Origin: Acaryochloris thomasi RCC1774
GTDB lineage: Bacteria > Cyanobacteriota > Cyanobacteriia > Thermosynechococcales > Thermosynechococcaceae
NCBI RefSeq assembly: GCF_003231495.1
Contig: NZ_PQWO01000011.1
Location: forward strand, 60,001 to 92,000
Direction of reading: 5' to 3'
Length of the DNA stretch: 32,000 nt
Shown: positions 28,305-32,000 of the stretch, piece after piece
How positions within the stretch are numbered: position 1 is the stretch's first letter
Layout of the letters: every line of letters starts with the position of its first letter
Program-made: the position numbers and the translations under genes
Notes under the pieces: model-generated
The model's database searches: none
Seen by the model: the letters and a program-made list of their open reading frames with translations, nothing else
Told to the model about the DNA's origin: nothing

Positions 28305-29516
28305 CTAAAGAATAAAACGAATGAACTTTTTCTTGCCCACCTGCAGCACCTTGCCGTCAAGTTCAGCAGTAGAAGAAATCACCTGATCGCTTTGGGCAAC
28401 TTTTTCTCCGTCTATTCTCACCGCCCCACCCTTGATCTGCCGCCGCGCTTCACTACTGCTGGCGCAGAGTCCACAGGCGCTTACCAGGTAAAACAGCTTT
28501 GCAGGAAACTCAACCGTTGCGAGCGAAAACTCTGGAATGAGATCCGTTTGACTCATGTCTTGCTGTGTGACAACTGCTGCCAAAGATTTCTGGGTCTGTA
28601 GTGCCACTTCCGAATTGTGATACTGGCTGACAACAGTCAGCGCTAACTGTTTCTGACACTCACGAGGACTGTCAGGTAGCTCTTCAATAGCCTCGTTTGT
28701 TAAAAGCTCAAAATACTGTTTGATTACGGTGTCAGGCGTTTTTTCCAGCTTGGAGTACATGCTCACCGGATCTTCAGAAAGCCCTACATAATTGTTGAGA
28801 GATTTTGACATTTTCTGAACGCCATCGGTCCCGAGCAAGATCGGCATCAACAGGCCAAACTGTGGTGACTGGTTGAAATGTCGCTGTAGATCTCTACCTA
28901 CGGCAATATTGAACTTCTGATCGGTTCCGCCCAGTTCTATATCTGCCTGTACAGCCACAGAATCATACCCCTGCATCAATGGATAGAGAAATTCATGCAG
29001 ATAAATGGGGCTTTCTTGCTGATAGCGCTCAGAAAATCCTTCCTTGGCGAGCATCTGTCCCACTGTCATCTTGGTCAAGAGCTGCAGTACCTTCGACAGA
29101 TCTAGCTGGGTCAACCATTCAGAGTTGTAGCGAATTTCTAAGCGTCCAGGCGTCTCAAAATCAAGGATAGGGCGAATTTGTTCTAGATAGGTTTTAACAT
29201 TCTGCTGAACATCAGATTCTGTTAGCTGTCGACGCACCTCCGACTTGCCGGTGGGGTCGCCAATCTGGGCGGTGAAGTCACCGATAATTAAAACGGCTGT
29301 ATGCCCCAAATCTTGAAAAGCACGCAGTTTCCGAATCGGAATGCTGTGGCCTAAGTGAATATCTGTTCCGGTGGGGTCAATCCCAAACTTGACCCGCAGT
29401 GGCTGATCAGAGCGCTGAAGCCTCAACTGTAGATTCTCGTTTAGATCGCTAGAGCTGGGATGATTGGGAAAGATTTCGCTGACGCCCCGAGACAGCACAG
29501 AGGATACTGCGTCCAT
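28305..29516 (-). CDS. tyrS: tyrosine--tRNA ligase
   Basis: HLGH and KMSKS class I signatures, GIDPTG, and a C-terminal S4-like domain ([16 protein letters not shown]). The ORF opens at GTG 29543; the first ATG is 29516. Confidence 0.95.
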   Translation of the reverse strand: MDAVSSVLSRGVSEIFPNHPSSSDLNENLQLRLQRSDQPLRVKFGIDPTGTDIHLGHSIPIRKLRAFQDLGHTAVLIIGDFTAQIGDPTGKSEVRRQLTESDVQQNVKTYLEQIRPILDFETPGRLEIRYNSEWLTQLDLSKVLQLLTKMTVGQMLAKEGFSERYQQESPIYLHEFLYPLMQGYDSVAVQADIELGGTDQKFNIAVGRDLQRHFNQSPQFGLLMPILLGTDGVQKMSKSLNNYVGLSEDPVSMYSKLEKTPDTVIKQYFELLTNEAIEELPDSPRECQKQLALTVVSQYHNSEVALQTQKSLAAVVTQQDMSQTDLIPEFSLATVEFPAKLFYLVSACGLCASSSEARRQIKGGAVRIDGEKVAQSDQVISSTAELDGKVLQVGKKKFIRFIL

Positions 29517-29741
29517 ATTTTTCTTAGAATGATAGATAACCACAGATTAGTGTAATGGAGTCACTCTGCGTTCGGGGTGAAGCTTACCTAACAACTCTGT
29601 AATTCCCCTGTTGGCGTGGTAGCGGAATCAGATAAGAGGCATGGCCCATTCTTCTGAGCACCTCGGACTCTAGCTGTGAATGATATGTTTAGACAGCAAC
29701 AACGTTTGCTTGTGGTTTTTTCATTAAGGATATAAGTCGCT

Positions 29742-31649
29742 GTGTCATCTAGAACCATTGGCCTATCGCAAAAAAATCGTGAGCCAGAGCCTAGCTTTTT
29801 CGCTGGGATGAGTAAGTTTACAAGCGCCACTATTCTAGCCACTGTCATGCTGGCTAGCGCAGGAGCCGCAGGGGGCTTGGTGGGCTTGGCGCTCAGCTAC
29901 CGTAATTTGCCAGATGTCCGTTCTATGAAGGGGTATATCCCCAGCGAAACGACACATATTTACGATATTAAAGGCAAGGTTCTAGCGAGCCTCCATGCGG
30001 AGGAGAATCGTGAGGTGATGCCGCTCGATCAGATGTCGCCCCATCTGAAGATGGCGGTTTTAGCCATTGAAGACAGCAATTTCTACGAACACGGTGGAAT
30101 CAATCCCGTTGGTATTTTGCGGGCCTCACTGACTAATTTTCAGGAAGGGCGAACGGTTCAGGGGGCGTCTACCCTGACGATGCAGCTCGTCAAAAATCTG
30201 TTCTTATCTCCGGAAAGAGCCTTGACTCGCAAGCTGGCGGAGGCCGTCTTGGCAATGCGGATGGAGAAGCTCTTCCAGAAGGATGAAATTCTGGAGATGT
30301 ACCTCAATCAGGTGTATTGGGGACACAATACCTATGGTGTAGAAACAGCAGCTCAAAGCTATTTCAATAAATCCTCGTCGGAGCTAACGCTGGCGGAGGC
30401 CTCTATGATGGCGGGAATTATTCAAGCCCCAGCCGCCTATAGCCCATTTGTTGAGAAAGAGACGGCGAAAAAACGCCAAGATGTTGTTCTCAATCGTATG
30501 GTAGAGCTGGGTTGGGTGAGTGCTGCAGAAGCCCAAGCTGCTCGCGATCAGCCTTTAAGCTTTGGACAGGTGACTTCCTTTCAGCAAAGTCGGTCTCCCT
30601 ACGTGACCAATACCGTTATCAAAGAATTAAGGCGTCGATTTGGCCGTGAAGCCTTGGTTCGGGGCGGGATGAGAATTCAGACGACGGTTGATTTTGATAT
30701 GCAGGAGGCGGCTGAAGAAGTCGTCCGCAATAGCCATCGTCGCGTTGCCTATGCTGCCGATCAGATGGCGCTGGTCGCGGTGGACCCTCGGACACATTTC
30801 ATCAAGGCAGTCGTGGGGGGGGTTGACAGCAAGAAAAGTGAATTTAATCGGGCGACCCAAGCGATTCGGCAGCCGGGTTCTTCCTTTAAGCCTTTTGTTT
30901 ACTACACGGCCTATGCATCAGGTAAGTACACGCCCTCTTCGGTAATTGATGATAAGCCTGTAAGGTATAACGACGGGACTGCCAAGGGATATAAGCCTCA
31001 AAACTACGACCGCACTTTTGGTGGCCCGATGTCCCTGCGTCAGGCACTGGCCCAATCTCGCAATATCCCGGCGGTTACGCTAGGGCAGAAAGTTGGGATT
31101 GAAAATGTGATTGATGTTTGTCGGGTGCTGGGGATTAAGAGCCCTATCCCTCCGGTGATCTCACTGCCTTTGGGGTCGGTGGATCTAACGCCGTTGGAGA
31201 TGGCGTCGGCCTATGCAACTTTTGCCAATAATGGTTGGCAATCAGAAACCACCGCGATTGTACAGGTGACCGATAGTAGTGGCCGTCTGCTGTTGGACAA
31301 CACGCCTGATCCTCAATTGGTCCTTGATCCTTGGGCTGCTGCTTCGCTTAACAGTACGCTGACGGGGGTTATTAACGGCGGTACCGGTAAGAATGCGTCG
31401 ATTGGACGGCAGGCTGCGGGTAAGACAGGGACCACTTCTTCTGAGAGAGATGTGTGGTTTGTCGGATATGTGCCTCAATTGTCGGCGGCAGTCTGGATCG
31501 GCAATGATGATTATTCTCAAATGGGGGGCAGCGCCACGGGCGGCGGCTTTGCTGCACCCGTCTGGCGACGATTTATGCTCAAGGCGCTGAAGGATTCACC
31601 GGCTGAGTACTTTACGTCTGCTTCTAAGTTTCAACGCCCTAAAAAGTAG
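29742..31649 (+). CDS. class A penicillin-binding protein (PBP1A family: glycosyltransferase GT51 plus transpeptidase)
   Basis: GT51 motifs AIEDSNFYEHGG, GASTLTMQL and RKLAE. Transpeptidase motifs SSFKP, SRN and KTGT. One N-terminal TM helix. The start is GTG 29742 or ATG 29808. Confidence 0.93.
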   Translation: MSSRTIGLSQKNREPEPSFFAGMSKFTSATILATVMLASAGAAGGLVGLALSYRNLPDVRSMKGYIPSETTHIYDIKGKVLASLHAEENREVMPLDQMSPHLKMAVLAIEDSNFYEHGGINPVGILRASLTNFQEGRTVQGASTLTMQLVKNLFLSPERALTRKLAEAVLAMRMEKLFQKDEILEMYLNQVYWGHNTYGVETAAQSYFNKSSSELTLAEASMMAGIIQAPAAYSPFVEKETAKKRQDVVLNRMVELGWVSAAEAQAARDQPLSFGQVTSFQQSRSPYVTNTVIKELRRRFGREALVRGGMRIQTTVDFDMQEAAEEVVRNSHRRVAYAADQMALVAVDPRTHFIKAVVGGVDSKKSEFNRATQAIRQPGSSFKPFVYYTAYASGKYTPSSVIDDKPVRYNDGTAKGYKPQNYDRTFGGPMSLRQALAQSRNIPAVTLGQKVGIENVIDVCRVLGIKSPIPPVISLPLGSVDLTPLEMASAYATFANNGWQSETTAIVQVTDSSGRLLLDNTPDPQLVLDPWAAASLNSTLTGVINGGTGKNASIGRQAAGKTGTTSSERDVWFVGYVPQLSAAVWIGNDDYSQMGGSATGGGFAAPVWRRFMLKALKDSPAEYFTSASKFQRPKK

Positions 31650-31732
31650 AGGCAGGTAAGTTTGTTCGTGATGCTTCTAGATTCTAGAGTGACCCTGACT
31701 TTCTGTACGTGCACCGCGATAGAAGTAGACCT

Positions 31733-32000
31733 GTGGCCCAGTTGATTTTTGTTTATAACGCCGATTCTGGTGGCTTAAATACTCTGTTTGATATTGCTCA
31801 CAAGGTTGTCTCGCCAGAAACCTATAGCTGCAGTTTGTGCATGCTGACGCACGGAGTATTGAGTGAAAGAACGGCTTGGAAAACCTTTAGAGAGTCTAGT
31901 CCGGTGCCGTTAACGTTCTTGCATCGAGATGAATTTGAAGAACGTTACTCGCCTCTTAAGTCCTATCCGGTTATTTTGCTAGAGCAAAACCGACAGATGG
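31733..32000 (+). CDS. conserved hypothetical protein, N-terminal fragment running off the window end
   Basis: Open frame from stop 31685-31687 to the window edge. GTG 31733 gives VAQLIFVYNADSGGLNTLFDIAHKVVSPETYSCSLCMLTHG...FLHRDEFEERY. I recall this CxxC pattern from small conserved bacterial proteins of unknown function. It is absent from the track because no stop lies within the window. Confidence 0.4.
   Translation, partial: MAQLIFVYNADSGGLNTLFDIAHKVVSPETYSCSLCMLTHGVLSERTAWKTFRESSPVPLTFLHRDEFEERYSPLKSYPVILLEQNRQM

Overview
The window is a cyanobacterial chromosomal segment. I counted 13 copies of the HIP1 octamer GCGATCGC, and it carries psbH/psbN, ndhH, a close homologue of the Synechocystis sll0418 MPBQ methyltransferase (by recalled sequence), and a groES-groEL operon behind a perfect CIRCE operator. 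Most of it is housekeeping: aspS, tyrS, pth, tatA, cbiB, pyrR, a PII protein, a class A PBP, and a GAF-PAS-GGDEF-EAL protein. Three AT-rich, HIP1-free patches look like later insertions. (i) 17.5-19.2 kb holds a tightly packed minus-strand cassette: a DUF3916-like ORF, a 59-codon ORF, a frameshifted helical small protein, and a Uma2 nuclease. (ii) 13.8-14.7 kb holds an orphan SAM methyltransferase. (iii) 24.3-25.7 kb holds an orphan M50/S2P-like membrane metalloprotease with a TPR-like tail. The Uma2 cassette is my best candidate for an undescribed system, possibly toxin-antitoxin or defence-like, but the evidence is only contextual. Other points worth a second look are a PII protein with a non-canonical T-loop, a response-regulator/CYTH bicistron, a COG1900 (archaeal-type homocysteine synthesis) gene, and psbN, which is too short for the supplied ORF track. 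I recognised no tRNA, rRNA, CRISPR array or transposase. All family assignments come from motif recognition by eye and from memory; no database search was possible.
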